From the NCBI GenBank assembly GCA_043228905.1, contig JBHGNT010000008.1:13206001-13270000 (forward strand): a DNA stretch of 64,000 nucleotides. The letters are read 5' to 3'. Positions 38,401-50,200 of the stretch are shown in pieces; position 1 is the first letter of the stretch; every line of letters begins with the position of its first letter. This DNA is from Azolla caroliniana. Taxonomy: Eukaryota > Plantae > Polypodiophyta. The notes under the pieces are model-generated. The model did no database searches and had not been told where the DNA came from. It saw only the letters and a list, made by a program, of their open reading frames with translations. The translations under genes and the position numbers were made by a program.

Positions 38401-40596
38401 ACAGCAGAATAATCCGCTTTCGGATCATCCGACCTCGATACCCGATACGACCAGTCCAATCATACCTCGACGATCCGAGAGACTGTCGCAACCTCCGGAG
38501 AGGTATTCTCCTGGAATTTTCTTCACCGACGCCGGCGAACCGACGTCTTACGAAGAAGCATCGACATCTGTCGATTCAGCCACCTGGCATCTGGCGATGG
38601 AGTCGGAAATGCACTCCATTCGGGCAAACAAGACTTGGGATCTGGTCGAATTACCTAAGAATCGACGTGCTCTTCCTTGCAAGTGGGTTTATCGACTAAA
38701 AGAGACGTCTGATTCGACCACCCCAAAGTACAAGGCCAGATTAGTTGCGAAGGGCTTCCGACAAGAATATGGCGTCGACTTCGACGAGATTTTTTCACCA
38801 GTGGTGAAAATGACAACCCTTCGTTTTCTACTCGGCGTAGTGGCAGCCGACAACTTGGAGCTGATTCAGCTAGATGTCAAAACAGCCTTCCTCCATGGTG
38901 ATCTTGAAGAGGAAATTTATATGGAGCAGCCAAAAGGCTTCGTGGCAACTGGCCAAGAACATCTAGTCTGCCGACTCAGGAAGAGTCTATACGGCCTCAA
39001 ACAGGCACCGCGACAATGGTACAAGAAGTTCGACGACTTCATCCAATCGATCGGCTTCTCCAAAAGCGATGAGGACCATTGTCTTTTTACCAACACAGCT
39101 CAAGATGGATCACCCATCTTCCTCATCATCTACGTGGACGACATGCTAATTTCTGGACGCCACGCGGGCGAACTTGCCGATCTCATTCGGCAATTGCGGT
39201 TGAAGTTTGCCATGAAGGACCTCGGTCCGGCACGACACATACTTGGCATGAAGATTAGTCGGCATCGCGATAAACGACATCTTTTTTTGTCTCAGACCGA
39301 CTATATCGGACGTGTCTTGGAACGCTTCAACATGCAATCAGCCAAATCTGCTTCAACCCCGCTCCCCATGAATCTTCGGCTCTCTCAGCGAGACTGCCCG
39401 ACATCCGGTCCGGAGGGGGAAGATATGAAGTCGGTACTGTATGCACCGGCAGTTGGCTCCCTTATGTACCTGATGGTCGCGACACGGCCTGATATCTCTC
39501 ATGCCGTAGGAGTCGTTAGCAGATTTATGCACAATCCTGGCCGATCGCATTGGAACGCAGTCAAGCATGTGTTCAAATATCTGGCTGGCACAAAAGACCA
39601 TGGCATTCTTTTCGGTCCGAACTCGACCTCGGGCGTTGTCGGTTACACCGACTCGGACTTCGCCGGCTGTATAGACAGTCGGAAATCAACAACTGGATAC
39701 TGCTTCAAATTCGGCAATGGAGCAATTTTGTGGAAGTCGAAACTTCAGGAGTGCACAACGACCTCAACGACCAAAGCAGAATATGTAGTTGCGTCCGACG
39801 CTGCAAAAGAAGCTTTGTGGCTCGGCCGGCTGGCGCACACGTTTCGACAAGTCGACCATGACTCGGCCCCAGTTGTCTATAGCGACAGTCAAGGTGCTGT
39901 TGCCTTGTCGAAAAATCCGGTTCACCACAACGCCTCCAAACATATCGACGTTCGATATCACTTCGTTCGGGACTGCGTCATTTCAGGGAAAATCGGTCTA
40001 GAGAAAATATCCACAACTGACAATGTCGCAGATGGAATGACCAAGTGTCTTTCGGCAGACCGCTTTTGGTCCCTTCGGCATCAGATGGGCGTAACGACAA
40101 ACCAGTCCGGTTAGAGCCGGACACAGCGCAGGATGGTTTCAGACAACCGACATCAGTTCCTTAATGATCGGCTTCAACTCTTCCGACCCGACCAGTCCGG
40201 TCTTCTGCCTTCGGACCCTGCCGACTCGAACAAAACTGATATGTCCGAGAACCTAGGTTTATACCTGTAATCTTAGATAACCCATGTATACGCCCATTAC
40301 GGGGGAGTGTCGAATACAAGTGTATAATGGACGTATTCACACTATCCCTTTGTATAGCTCAAGTTTGGGTCATTTGTGTAATTAGCATAAATGGTAGTTG
40401 CCCTAAGTTTGTCACTATATAAAGTGACCTAGTAACCTTTTTGTAAGGTTGGTTGTATTATTGTTTCTATTGAATAGAAAGACTCTTTTGTGCCTCTCTC
40501 TCTCTCTGTGCACGATCTCAGAAACTGTCATACGCAGGTACTCAACCCCAATCGAATGCTACTTGATCTTCCGCATTGACGGCCTTGTCTACAACA
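35238..40596 (+). mobile_element. Intact young Ty1/Copia inserted in the ParB-like exon
   Basis: LTRs at 35238-35564 and 40308-40596 are identical by eye except (CT)26 versus (CT)7. TSD CTGAA (35233-35237 and 40597-40601). tRNAiMet PBS at 35567-35578, PPT at 40301-40307. Confidence 0.97.
36110..40114 (+). CDS. Copia gag-pol polyprotein, 1334 aa
   Basis: Open frame with CNYCKKPGHIKADC, WLLDSGASFH, LVHSDVCGP, RTDNGGEF, NGIAER, IYVDDM and HIDVRYHF. Confidence 0.95.
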   Translation: MSLRKFDGSNFNFWKEQMQDYLIVKGQIDPIENEEPPEGYKPIEWQKLDRIVRATIRMHLSESVYFTVQSCTTAFELWKTLSDTYEKKVAATKMFLIRRLYNLRMKESDSVQTHLNEYESICSQISSQGTAIEDELRAMILMSSLPSSWETFVTTVCNASTTAVKYSAVTSAILTEAARRKSFAKDSTDDAYVVQGSTERSNIRGRDSSRQPNNQQRRSQSRDNRICNYCKKPGHIKADCRALKNKNDKSQKSDKKSGRHEEINYVSFSADVLPNDPNILLIENPVGSEVLLTTEESSTWLLDSGASFHVTPHRSQFRQYTIRHSDSVRVGNSQHCDIIGIGTVELNLAGGSTLVLHNVRHVPELSRPLISVGQLDEDGIRADFSSGGWTLHRGNLLLARGPKIHSLYPLHVTLREGNLFLVDIPVSSLWHRRLGHLSKAGITHLSRAGYIPKLSFSDHQFCEHCQYGKQAAASHPTSAPRETRPLDLVHSDVCGPMPHQSLGGASYFVSFIDDSTRKVWAYPIRTKDRVFSIFSDWLAMVENQIDRKLKCFRTDNGGEFKSEEFVKFCRQRGIRREFTAPHSPEQNGIAERMNRTIQERIVSMLQHSGLSDGFWAEALLTAVHIINMSPSRPLGLQIPQELWIDSKPNYDKLRIFGCEAYALIPKDDRRKLAPRSRKCIFLGYGLDGEMGYRLWDPERRQIVRSSDVVFNESAMNPSVKTPIEVRRVTFSDVPTLQEGPALHTRSASRVAEPSTTDSDNSDSAQQNNPLSDHPTSIPDTTSPIIPRRSERLSQPPERYSPGIFFTDAGEPTSYEEASTSVDSATWHLAMESEMHSIRANKTWDLVELPKNRRALPCKWVYRLKETSDSTTPKYKARLVAKGFRQEYGVDFDEIFSPVVKMTTLRFLLGVVAADNLELIQLDVKTAFLHGDLEEEIYMEQPKGFVATGQEHLVCRLRKSLYGLKQAPRQWYKKFDDFIQSIGFSKSDEDHCLFTNTAQDGSPIFLIIYVDDMLISGRHAGELADLIRQLRLKFAMKDLGPARHILGMKISRHRDKRHLFLSQTDYIGRVLERFNMQSAKSASTPLPMNLRLSQRDCPTSGPEGEDMKSVLYAPAVGSLMYLMVATRPDISHAVGVVSRFMHNPGRSHWNAVKHVFKYLAGTKDHGILFGPNSTSGVVGYTDSDFAGCIDSRKSTTGYCFKFGNGAILWKSKLQECTTTSTTKAEYVVASDAAKEALWLGRLAHTFRQVDHDSAPVVYSDSQGAVALSKNPVHHNASKHIDVRYHFVRDCVISGKIGLEKISTTDNVADGMTKCLSADRFWSLRHQMGVTTNQSG

Positions 40597-41618
40597 CTGA
40601 AGAGGAAACACTTTTGGCATGGGAGCACAACAACGACAACGACTATAGGCAAAACATGTCATTTATTGAACGCATAAGGTTCTTCCACCATGAATACCTG
40701 GACATCAAACAAAAGTTTGGTGTGAAGCTACACCCCGGCCTACGACGTCAATGCCTTCAGGAGGTCAGTATTGTGGTGGATGATAATGTTTAAGTTAGAT
40801 GGTCTTCGGAAATATGAGTCCTGGTTTCAACTTGCCTTTAGAGATGGAGAAGTATGGGACCTACAAGATCAAATCTTCTCAATGTGGGAGAATAAGGAGG
40901 TCAAGGGTCAACGACAAAAGAAATGTAAGGTAGACCCTTAGCTAGAATTAAAGTCACAAGCAGCCAAGAAAATTGATTTGACAATTGAAGAAGTAGCTGG
41001 CGTCATGAAGTTGTCTTTGTGGAGAGCGATGCAAGGTATTAAGGATGAGCAGCTTCTTGTGTCTATTTTGTCAAGGGTTGTGGCGAAAGAATTAAGCCTT
41101 GAAGAAATGGTCACTGAGTTCAATAAGTAAAGTCTTTCAAATAGTGATATTGAATTCAATATGGTGCAATTCAAAGTTCTAATATCGTTTTCTAATTTTA
41201 CAGTCATAAGTTGTGCATGAAGATCCAAGAAGTTATGATGAAACAACTTGGATGTATAACTTGGGAACAAGTGACCAAGGATTATCCTCTAATGTCTTCA
41301 TATAAGGCGTAATCCAAGTATTTCATTGCATTCAAGAATTGGGTTAGTATTGGTGTTTTTCATTAAGTTTTCCTCATATGTAGAGGTTGTGTAATAATAC
41401 TTGATGTCTTATTGCTTCTATTAGAAACCGTGTCGTGGCAAGAAACAAGGAGAAGTTAAGGATATACACGATTTCCCGCCATCCTTCCTTGCACATCTTG
41501 AGAGAGCCAGAAAAGAAAAGGATTGTCGCTTAGTCAAGGCGTACGAAATTGTGGAAGATGGTTCCTTCAAAAAATTTAGCCAGAAAAAGTACATTACTAC
41601 AGGTCTTTACTACAACGT

Positions 41619-42366
41619 TGTTGTGCCTTTCGGCGCTGGATCGTTGCGCGAGTTGGGTGGGAATCGCCGGGGTTTTGGACTAGGAGGAGGAAGAATTTGA
41701 GATGAGTTTAGTTATGAATATGAATCGATTATAAGAAAGAGAGATTGAAACTTGTGAATCCCACAAGTATATTGTATTAGATTAATCAATATTAAGATAA
41801 GAATATAAATTTAGATTGAAAGATAAGGATTAGAAACCTCGTGAATCCCACGAATATAATTTATTAATTGGTGTTTTTAGAAATATATCTAATTTCCAAA
41901 AGATTTCACACACCTATTACATTGTGCTCCCCATCCTTATATAGTGATGAGAGAGTCTTAGCAATCCATGCTTTTTCTCTAAGTATAGACTATATGCTTT
42001 CTCTAACATGCTTCTTCTAAAAGTGATCATGCTTTTTCTAACCTCATGCGTATTTATCGAATATACTGTTCATGCACGCTAGATGTGCATGTATAGCTTT
42101 TTTCTATCATGCCTTTTTCTTCTAACTAAAGCTTTTTCCTAGAAAATATGCGTGGAGAAAGCTTTCTATGTGGGATATCTGCTTTTTTAACACTTATCAT
42201 GTGTTAGTGTAATGGTAAGGCTTTACATTATTAACATGGAGGTACAAGGATTGAATCTTGTCCTATGCATGTAATATATATTTTGATATTTCTTTCTTTT
42301 TCTTCATATTTATTTAATCGGTTATTTTATACGTTTTCCACATAGTGTACGAAATACACTACGACA
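41619..42366 (-). mobile_element. Solo LTR (748 bp) of the same family as 33227-34043, inverted, with TSD ACGT
   Basis: Reverse complement of the 33227-34043 element. ACGT at 41615-41618 and 42367-42370. Removal restores YYNVICGD. Confidence 0.88.
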
Positions 42367-43914
42367 ACGTGATTTGCGGCGATATCGTTGACATTATCCA
42401 AAAAGTGCCAAAGAAGGAATATACGCTAATGATTGGTGATATTCCATATGAACTTCGAATGGCCGAGTCATCATACGACGATGAACCTTTTAGGTTCAAA
42501 CAATTAGAGAAGATGGGGTCAAGGATTTTACTGAGCTAACGACTGCATCCTTGTGGAGTATAGTTGTCTTTCATAGTATGGACCAAGGGTACTCGGTAGC
42601 TCAAGCTTTGAGATCTCGTTGCCATGGCATCGAGAACCTTGTATGGTAAGGATTATTTATAAGTCTCATTCACTATATTGCCTTTCTTAATTTTCTTCAG
42701 TCTATTCTTAGTTCGATGCAATATTTATTATAGGATAAAAACCAATGTCAATAGAGGGCCAACCTTTCGGTTCGTAAATGCCATTGAATACATTACGGTT
42801 GGCTACTTCGATGAAATAAAGAAAAAAAGAATCAAGGAGCATTCTAATGAAGTCGGGGGTTCAAATCTGCTGGTATATCCAGCAGTGACACGGAAATTGC
42901 GACATGTCACCACGATAGGATGGGGACTTGTCAACCCATACCAAAAACCTCAACGACTTATGATGCGCTCGATCGAGATGTTTTTTGTAGAAGGAGATTG
43001 GATATTAGACCTCTTTTCTGGCACATGTATTCCTCGAACTAGGTTAACGATCTTGAGATTAACAGTACTGATTCTTTTTTGTTTGAAAACCAATTCTTCT
43101 TGTTGCTCTCTTAACAGGGACAACGTCTGCATGTGCATTGAAGCTCTTCAGAAACACAGTTGCATTGGAGAAGGATGAGGAGCAAGCTATATTTATAAAC
43201 ATGAGGATTAAGGCTTTGTGGGAGTGCCCAGACCAGGATGAGGAGGTCGGTGCAAAGAACCTCGATGATACCGAAAGGTTTCAACCTGCTTCGTGAGCTA
43301 ATAGAGCTTGATGGTGAGCTTATAGAAGATATTACGTTGGCTCAACTAACAGGGGAAGACAATGCATGTATAGCCGAAGAGACTTCTATAAGAGATGAAG
43401 AAGAAAATGACATTGATGATTTGATTGCTATCTAATAGACTCTTTTGTTGACGAAGTGTATCGTTTGGAATTCAGATTACTAATACAAATTTTGGGTTCT
43501 ACTTGGTGTATTCCATTCTTTATATTCTTCTATATGTTTCAATTTTATTTCTATATACTTGGTTTGTTGACTTATGACATTGGTTTCACCACGTGTATTG
43601 CTGACTACCAATATGGAGAAACATGAATTCGTTTACATTAAGGCTGATTTTGGTCAAACTTTACCTTAACATAACATGCTCGTAGAATTGTTGCCATGAC
43701 TATCCATGTTGTTATTTGCGATCAATTGTCGAGATTGTCATTCCGTGTCTAATATATACCATTCCATATATTATGGATCTTGGTGTTCTATTGTTAAAAC
43801 TATTATGTTTCTCTTCCATTGCTGCTTAGATTGTGTAGTGTGTTGATAATGGTTCCACCAACATTATCCGCATGTTTTTATACGCTTGTAGTTCCACTAG
43901 CGTTATCGTTCGGA

Positions 43915-44192
43915 GTTTGATCCCGTGTGAATCACCTAAGAAATAGATTAGATCAATTTTAAATACAAGTATTAAAAGCCTTAATAGTTTCGTTATTTCC
44001 ATCACATTATCCTAAAGTTCACTGTCTTACATTGTCCCCAATTATATACATATGGTTTGATCGCATGCGAACAAACTAAGGAATAGATTAGATCAACTTT
44101 AAATACAAGTATTAAATACCTTAATAAGTTAGTTATTCCAATCACATAATCCTAAAGTTCACTTTCCTACATTGTCCACAATTATATACATA
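43915..44192. repeat. Diverged 140-bp tandem duplication
   Basis: The unit tttgatc...atagattagatcaa...aaatacaagtattaaa...cctaaagttcact...attatatacata occurs twice with a 140-bp period. Confidence 0.85.
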
Positions 44193-44567
44193 CGAGTATG
44201 GCTCAAAGTATAAATTATAACTCATTTTATTAGTATGGTTAGAAGTACACCTCATATTTTTGTAAAACTTACCAAAATAATATAAGTCTTTAACTTAGTG
44301 TTTGCCATGTCGCACATTAGTGACATATTGAGACATTGTTGAACTTTAGTATGCCTACATTAACTTATCAACACATCCAAACTTATTTGAATTTCTAATG
44401 ATCTCCACTCGGAGACCTATCACGTATTTTTATATTTGCAAATTCTAATTAGGTTGTGGAACGTGTGATACTAGTGCATTCAATTTTTGTAGAGAGGGTA
44501 TATTTGAATATTTTCAAGAAAATTCTACAAGTGGAATGCGTGATCCTTCCACTTGTGAACGCGAATG

Positions 44568-45579
44568 TGTTGTAGCTAATTAGCTGATAATAGCTAACTT
44601 TAGTATTGGCAATAACTATTTAGCAATTACTAGTAACTAGTTAGCTATGGTCATACTCTAAGATAGCTAATTAGGTATTGTTGACAATAGCTAAATTAGC
44701 TATTGGCAATCGCTATTTAGCGATTACTAGTAGCTAGTTAGCTATGGTCATATTCTGAGATAGCTAATTAACTATTGTGGTAGCTAATTAGTTGATAATA
44801 GCTAAGTTTACTATTGGCAATAGCTATTTCGCTATTACCAGTAGTTAGTTAGCTATGGTCATATTCTGAGGTAGCAAATTAGCTGACTAACTAAGCTCAA
44901 GAATCAAATGAAAAGTTGAGATAATTGTAAATACCTGAGGTACATCAAGAAGATGGAAGGGATGCTCCTCATATTGACTCCTTCTAATACATTTCTGTTG
45001 AGAGACAAGCCATAGCGGTATGTAAACCGAGAGGCCGTTAGAATGTTACTCCTCGTAAGGAATAATTTTGGGGGTAAGTGTAGGATGCTCATTTATGAGC
45101 AGTCAGGTATTGTAACTACTTGTGTCAGCCCGATAGTCAGGGCTTGTATAAAAGGTGCTCACTGAGCACCAAGTATGTACAAAGAACATATAGAGAATTG
45201 TTTTTGAATATAGTTCCGTTTCATTCTCTCTCTCTATTTCTCTCCCTCTCCTTCTCTGTGTTTTCTATGTTTTATCGATCTGTCATAATTCCGAACCGTG
45301 TACTCATTGTCTTACACATACGCTTCTGCACACATATTCTTTTACATGGTGTTTAGAGCGCGAGGGTTTAGACTCCTCTACAGCCAACAGAAAAGCTTGC
45401 GATAAAGACAGAGTTAAGTTATTGTTTTCGTTTCGGAAAGGATAAGACAACAGTATGGACAGAGGAATGGGAAGCTCACTACCAACTGAGAAGGTCGACA
45501 GGAGAAACTACACATCTTGGTCATACAAGATGCACCAATATTTGCTTGGTCATGGTTACTGGAGTTATATCAATGGAGC
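44568..45579 (+). mobile_element. 5' fragment of a Copia (LTR, degenerate PBS, gag start) related to 17142-22857
   Basis: LTR ~44568-45346 contains three ~100-bp AGCTA-rich repeats (44570-44895). It is followed by tggtgtttagagc and gag MDRGMGSSLPTEKVDRRNYTSWSYKMHQYLLGHGYW from 45455. Confidence 0.8.
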
Positions 45580-47225
45580 TGTAACGGAATGGGAGGCAAG
45601 GGTGATTGCAATGCAGTGGAAGAAGATTGAGAGAGTGTGTGTGTGAGGCAACAGAGGGAGGGAGGGAGAGAGAGAGAGAGCTCTTAACAAGAAAACTATA
45701 TATTACTTCCAACAATGCATCAAACATCAAACATCCAACCATAACTAAGCTACAAGGGGTTGGTTTAAATACCAACTGAACAAGGGCAAATGCCCTTTCT
45801 ACTATTTACAAAACTAGTGTGAAGCCTATCTATGGGATGTTGAGTTTGATTCTCAACACGCCCCTTCAAACACAACTTCCATATGTCGAAAAGTTGTTTT
45901 AGTCTTTGGAATACTTCAATTTAAGGAATTGGATTCCGGCTTTATTGCTTTACGCTTCTTATTGCGTGTTGCATAGTTTATCCGGGTTGCGTATGATGGG
46001 TACTCCCCATCAAGCTCGGCAAGGTAGTTGTTGTGAGACTAAGGTCCGATGCAAATTGCCCGAGTTTTTCGATGCCTAGAGCTTTCATAAAAATATCAGC
46101 AACTTGGAGGTGCATATTGGTATGTTGTAGATCGATCTTGCCGCCCTGTACGCGCTCGCGGATGAAGTCAAAATGCACTTCGATATGTTTAGTCCGCGCG
46201 TGGAATACGGGGTTCTGCACCAGGTAGATACTGCTCATGTTGTCATAGTAGAGACGAATTGGATCCTTGATGGGTACGCCCAGATCCTTTAGTACGTGTT
46301 TGAGCCAGACAGCTTTGCATGCGGCGATTGTTGCGTCCTTGTATTCAACTTCCGTGCTCAACAGTGCGACTGTCGGCTACTTCTTACTACTCCAGGAGAT
46401 CGCTCCGCTGCCAAGAGAGAAAACGAATCCGGATGTGGATCGCCTGTCCGATTTATATCCTGCCCAGTCCGCGTCTGTGTACCCTTCGAGTCGAACTATC
46501 AGATTCGTTTTGTACATAATGCCGTGGTTCATTGTCGTATTGACATACCGAAGTATCCTCTTAGCGCAGTCCAGATGAAGATTTCGTGGATTCTGCATAA
46601 ACTGGCTAAGTAGGCCGATCGAATAATTGAGGTCGGGTTGCATAATGGTCAGATAGATCAAACTGCCGATCAGTTGTCGATACGGAGTCGGCTCGCTCTC
46701 AGTGGTTTCGGAATTGGCATCGATCTTGAGATTACGATCTAGAGGGGTAGACACCGGCTTGCACTCAGTCATTTCGAACTTGTAGAGTAAGTTGAGAATG
46801 TATTGCGGTTGAGAGATCATTATTCCGACTGGTGTCCGATTTACTTCAATACCTAGGAAGTAATGAAGCTCGTGTAAGTCTTTCATTTCGAATATGCCGG
46901 AGAGAAGTGTTTTGACTTTATTGATCTCGGTGAGATCCTTTCCTCCGATGACCAAGTCATCCACGTATAGGATCATGATGATTGGGCTATCCGACTCATT
47001 TCGGATGTACAGAGAAGTATCAGATTTTGACATCCGAAATCCGACTTGATGAAGATACTATGTGATCTTCGAATGCCAACCACGCAGTGCTTGTTTGAGG
47101 CCGTAGAGTGGCTTCTTGAGTCGTCATATGGCGTGCAGATGTTTACGCGATTCGAATACGAGTGGTTGTATCATGTACAACTCTTCTTCTAACTCTCCTT
47201 GGAGGAAAGCATTTTTCACGTCCAT
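45580..47225 (-). mobile_element. 3' fragment of a Copia (RT/RNase H and 279-bp 3' LTR)
   Basis: LTR 45580-45858 (TG...CA) with adjacent PPT. LYVDDL, TDADWAG and HARTKHIEVH in 45978-47033. Truncated at MDVKNAF (~47225). Confidence 0.87.
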
Positions 47226-47232
47226 ATTGTTG

Positions 47233-47293
<61 letters not shown>

Positions 47294-50200
47294 ACAGAGA
47301 AATACTCTGTTGTAACCGTCGGTTGGTGTAGATATAGAGCTCGAGGTTGTTGACTTCGAGGCACTGAATGTACCTTTCTCATATAGTGATACTTGGAGTT
47401 TGTGGGCTCCCGTGGTTTTTCCCATTCAGGGTTTTCCACGTAAACATCCTGTGTATTTCCTTGTGCACTCTCCACTTCTCATTTCTGTGTTTCGTTCCAA
47501 GTGAAGTGTTCTAGACTCGGTTGTAGCCAAGCAGCATTCTGCCCTATTCCTCTCAAGAACTGGTCCACATAGATAGCACTGGAACACGGTCAAGTGGAAA
47601 CTCCGGTATTTGAAAGGCACCTCAAGCATGTGCCTCCGATTCAGCTCCGGTAAACCCCTACTCGACGGATTCATGGATTTAGACATGTCGGCTGATGCAG
47701 ATACCAACTGGTCCACATCCGGTTATGTCATGAGTTATGCAAGGGGAGCTATTTCATGGCAGTTGAGGTTGCAGAAGACGGTTGCGTTGTCAACCACGGA
47801 AGCGGAGTACATGGCAGTTGTGGAAGCCGGCAAGGAAATAATCTGGATGAAGGACTTCATCGATGAGCTAGGGATCCGACAGGAGGAATACAGGATCTAT
47901 TGCGACAGTCAAAGTGCCATCCACCTTGCAAAGAACGCGGCCTACCATTCCCGAACGAAGCATATCCAGCGGAGGTACCATTGGATCCGGCAAAGAGTAG
48001 GAGATCAAGAGTTTGTGTTGACAAAAATCCACACGGAGGAGAACGGATCGGACATACTGACCAAAGTGTTGACACCCGACAAGCTGGACGCATGCCGGAG
48101 GCGGATCGGGCAATCGAGACATCCCGTGCCAGAGTGGAGGGGGGAGATTGTTGGGATTTCAGTCGCTCCGGATGGGATCTTGAGAACCGAATGATGAGGA
48201 CCCGGTGAGAACCAGATGTAGAAGACCCGGTGAGAACCGGATGTAAAAGACATATTTGTAAATATGTTTTTTAGTAAGCCCATGGAGGCTATATTTGTAA
48301 ATAGTCCTAAAGCCATATTAGTATAAATATGGCCTAGAGCAAACACTTATTAAAGAGTTGCTCTCATATTGTTGTATAGAGAGCGATAGAGAGAGAGAGA
48401 GTGTAAGATACAGAGAAATACTCTGTTGTAACTGCCGGGTTGCATAGACACAGAGCTCGCGGTCATCGCCTCCGAGGCTCTGAGTGTACCTTTCTGATAT
48501 AGTGATAGTTGGAGTCTGTGGGCTCTTGTGGTTTTTCCCATTCAGGTTTTTCCACGTAAACATCCTATGTATTTCCTTGTGTACTCTCAACTTCCCATTT
48601 CTGTGTTTCGTTCCAAGTGTTCTAGACTTCGTTGTGGTCGAGCAACATTCCGCGCTATTCCTCTCAATCTGGTATCAGAGCGAACAACACAGGAAAGGGA
48701 AGAATCGTTCAGCGGCATGTTCAAGCTCACTAGCTCCAACTACTCAGTGTGGAAGTCAAAGATGAGGGATATGCTGGTGGTCAAAGATCTTTGGTTGTCG
48801 ATTCAGTTTGGGGACAAGAGACCGGATAAGATTGACGCCACAGTGTGGGAGGTGATGCACATGAAAACAACCACATACATCCGGTGCTTCATTGACAAGC
48901 ATCTGTACAAAAACTTCAATGAAGAAAGTAAGGCTCATGAACTCTGGGAGAAGATTGGCATCATGTTCTAGAACAAGAATGCTGTTAACCGGGTTTCGAT
49001 ATTCCGGAACCTAGTGAGGCTCTAGTACTAGGACGGTTCTAGTATGGCGGAGCACATGAATGCCTTCTAGGGACCGATACATCAGGAAACCTCGTTGGAA
49101 GTACCTCTCGTCGATGAGGTACTAGCTCTACTCTTGCTAGGTTCCCTCCCAGATAGCTGGGAGATGTTAGTTGTCACGTTGGGTAATGCCAGGACAAAAG
49201 GAAAACAACTATCCCTAGCAAGAGTGAAGTCAAGCTTGCTAGATGAGGATGCGCATCGGAAAGACAAGGAGGTGATCTCCGACGCCAAAGCCCTCCTTAC
49301 CGAATCGGAACGCGGAAGACAAAGGAATCGGAGTTCCCAGAACTGGGAAAAGTCGGGGACACGGTCAAAGTCAAGGGGGAGGCCCACTTGTGTCTATTGC
49401 GGCAAGCCGGGGAACTTCCAGAAGAACTGTCGGCATTTCCGGAAAGACAAGGGAACCGACAGTACTGATTCGAAGAAGTCACTAGACCGAAACAGTTCAG
49501 ATCGGCGAGGCCCAGACCAGAAGGGAAAGTGAGGAGGAACAATGCTAATCATCGAGGAGAGTGAGTTGAACCTTGCCGACGACGAGAGAATGTGGGTTGT
49601 CGATTCCGGAGCGTCATTCCACCTTGTCTTGAACTGGAAATGCTTCTCATCCTACACAACTGGTCAACATGGCTATGTTCGGATGGGGAATGAAGGTACA
49701 TGCCGAATTGTCGACATAGGAGGCGTGTGGTTGATGACACCCACCGGATGCAAGTTGCTGTTGAAGGATGTCTGACACGTCCCGGAGGTTCGACTGAACC
49801 GAATATCAGTCGGTCGACTAGATGATGAAGTCAACACATTGTACCAGATGAACACACGATTATGCCGGGAAGAAGAAGTGAACGTTGCTTCCGACACTGC
49901 CGGTGAGCTGTGGCACAAAAGACTGTGTCACATGAGTGAGAAGGGGATGAAGAGGCTCATTGAAGACAACCTCATTCCGGTGAAGGATGTGCAAATTGAG
50001 ACGTGCACCGATTGCTTGCCCGGCAAGCAAAACCGAACCTCCTTCCAGTCAAGACCACCAATGAGATGGAATGCACCGCTAGAGCTGGTGCATACCGATG
50101 TATGTCAAGTGGACACGAAGTCACATGTTGGATCGTAGTACTTCGTGATGTTCACAGAAGACCACGGTCGGAAGTTGTGGGTCTCACCGTTGAAGACAAA

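Larger units (their letters stand above)
34870..43435 (+). pseudogene. Intron-containing ParB/Srx-like domain fused to a beta-class N6-adenine/N4-cytosine DNA methyltransferase; disrupted, 5' end lost
   Basis: Exons ~34870-35237 joined to 40602-41126, then 41204-41342, 41425-41618 joined to 42371-42645, 42734-43026 and 43118-43435. Motifs YFVIGGSHSAEARRQL, ICGDIVDIIQKVP..EYTLMIGDIPY, LVWIKTN, AIEYITVG, NPYQKPQRL and GDWILDLFSGT.TTSACALKLFRNTVALEKD. Several stops and frameshifts. Confidence 0.85.

Noticed and set aside
44527-44556. Hairpin as a Helitron 3' end
   Set aside because: No CTRR terminus at the expected distance on either strand.
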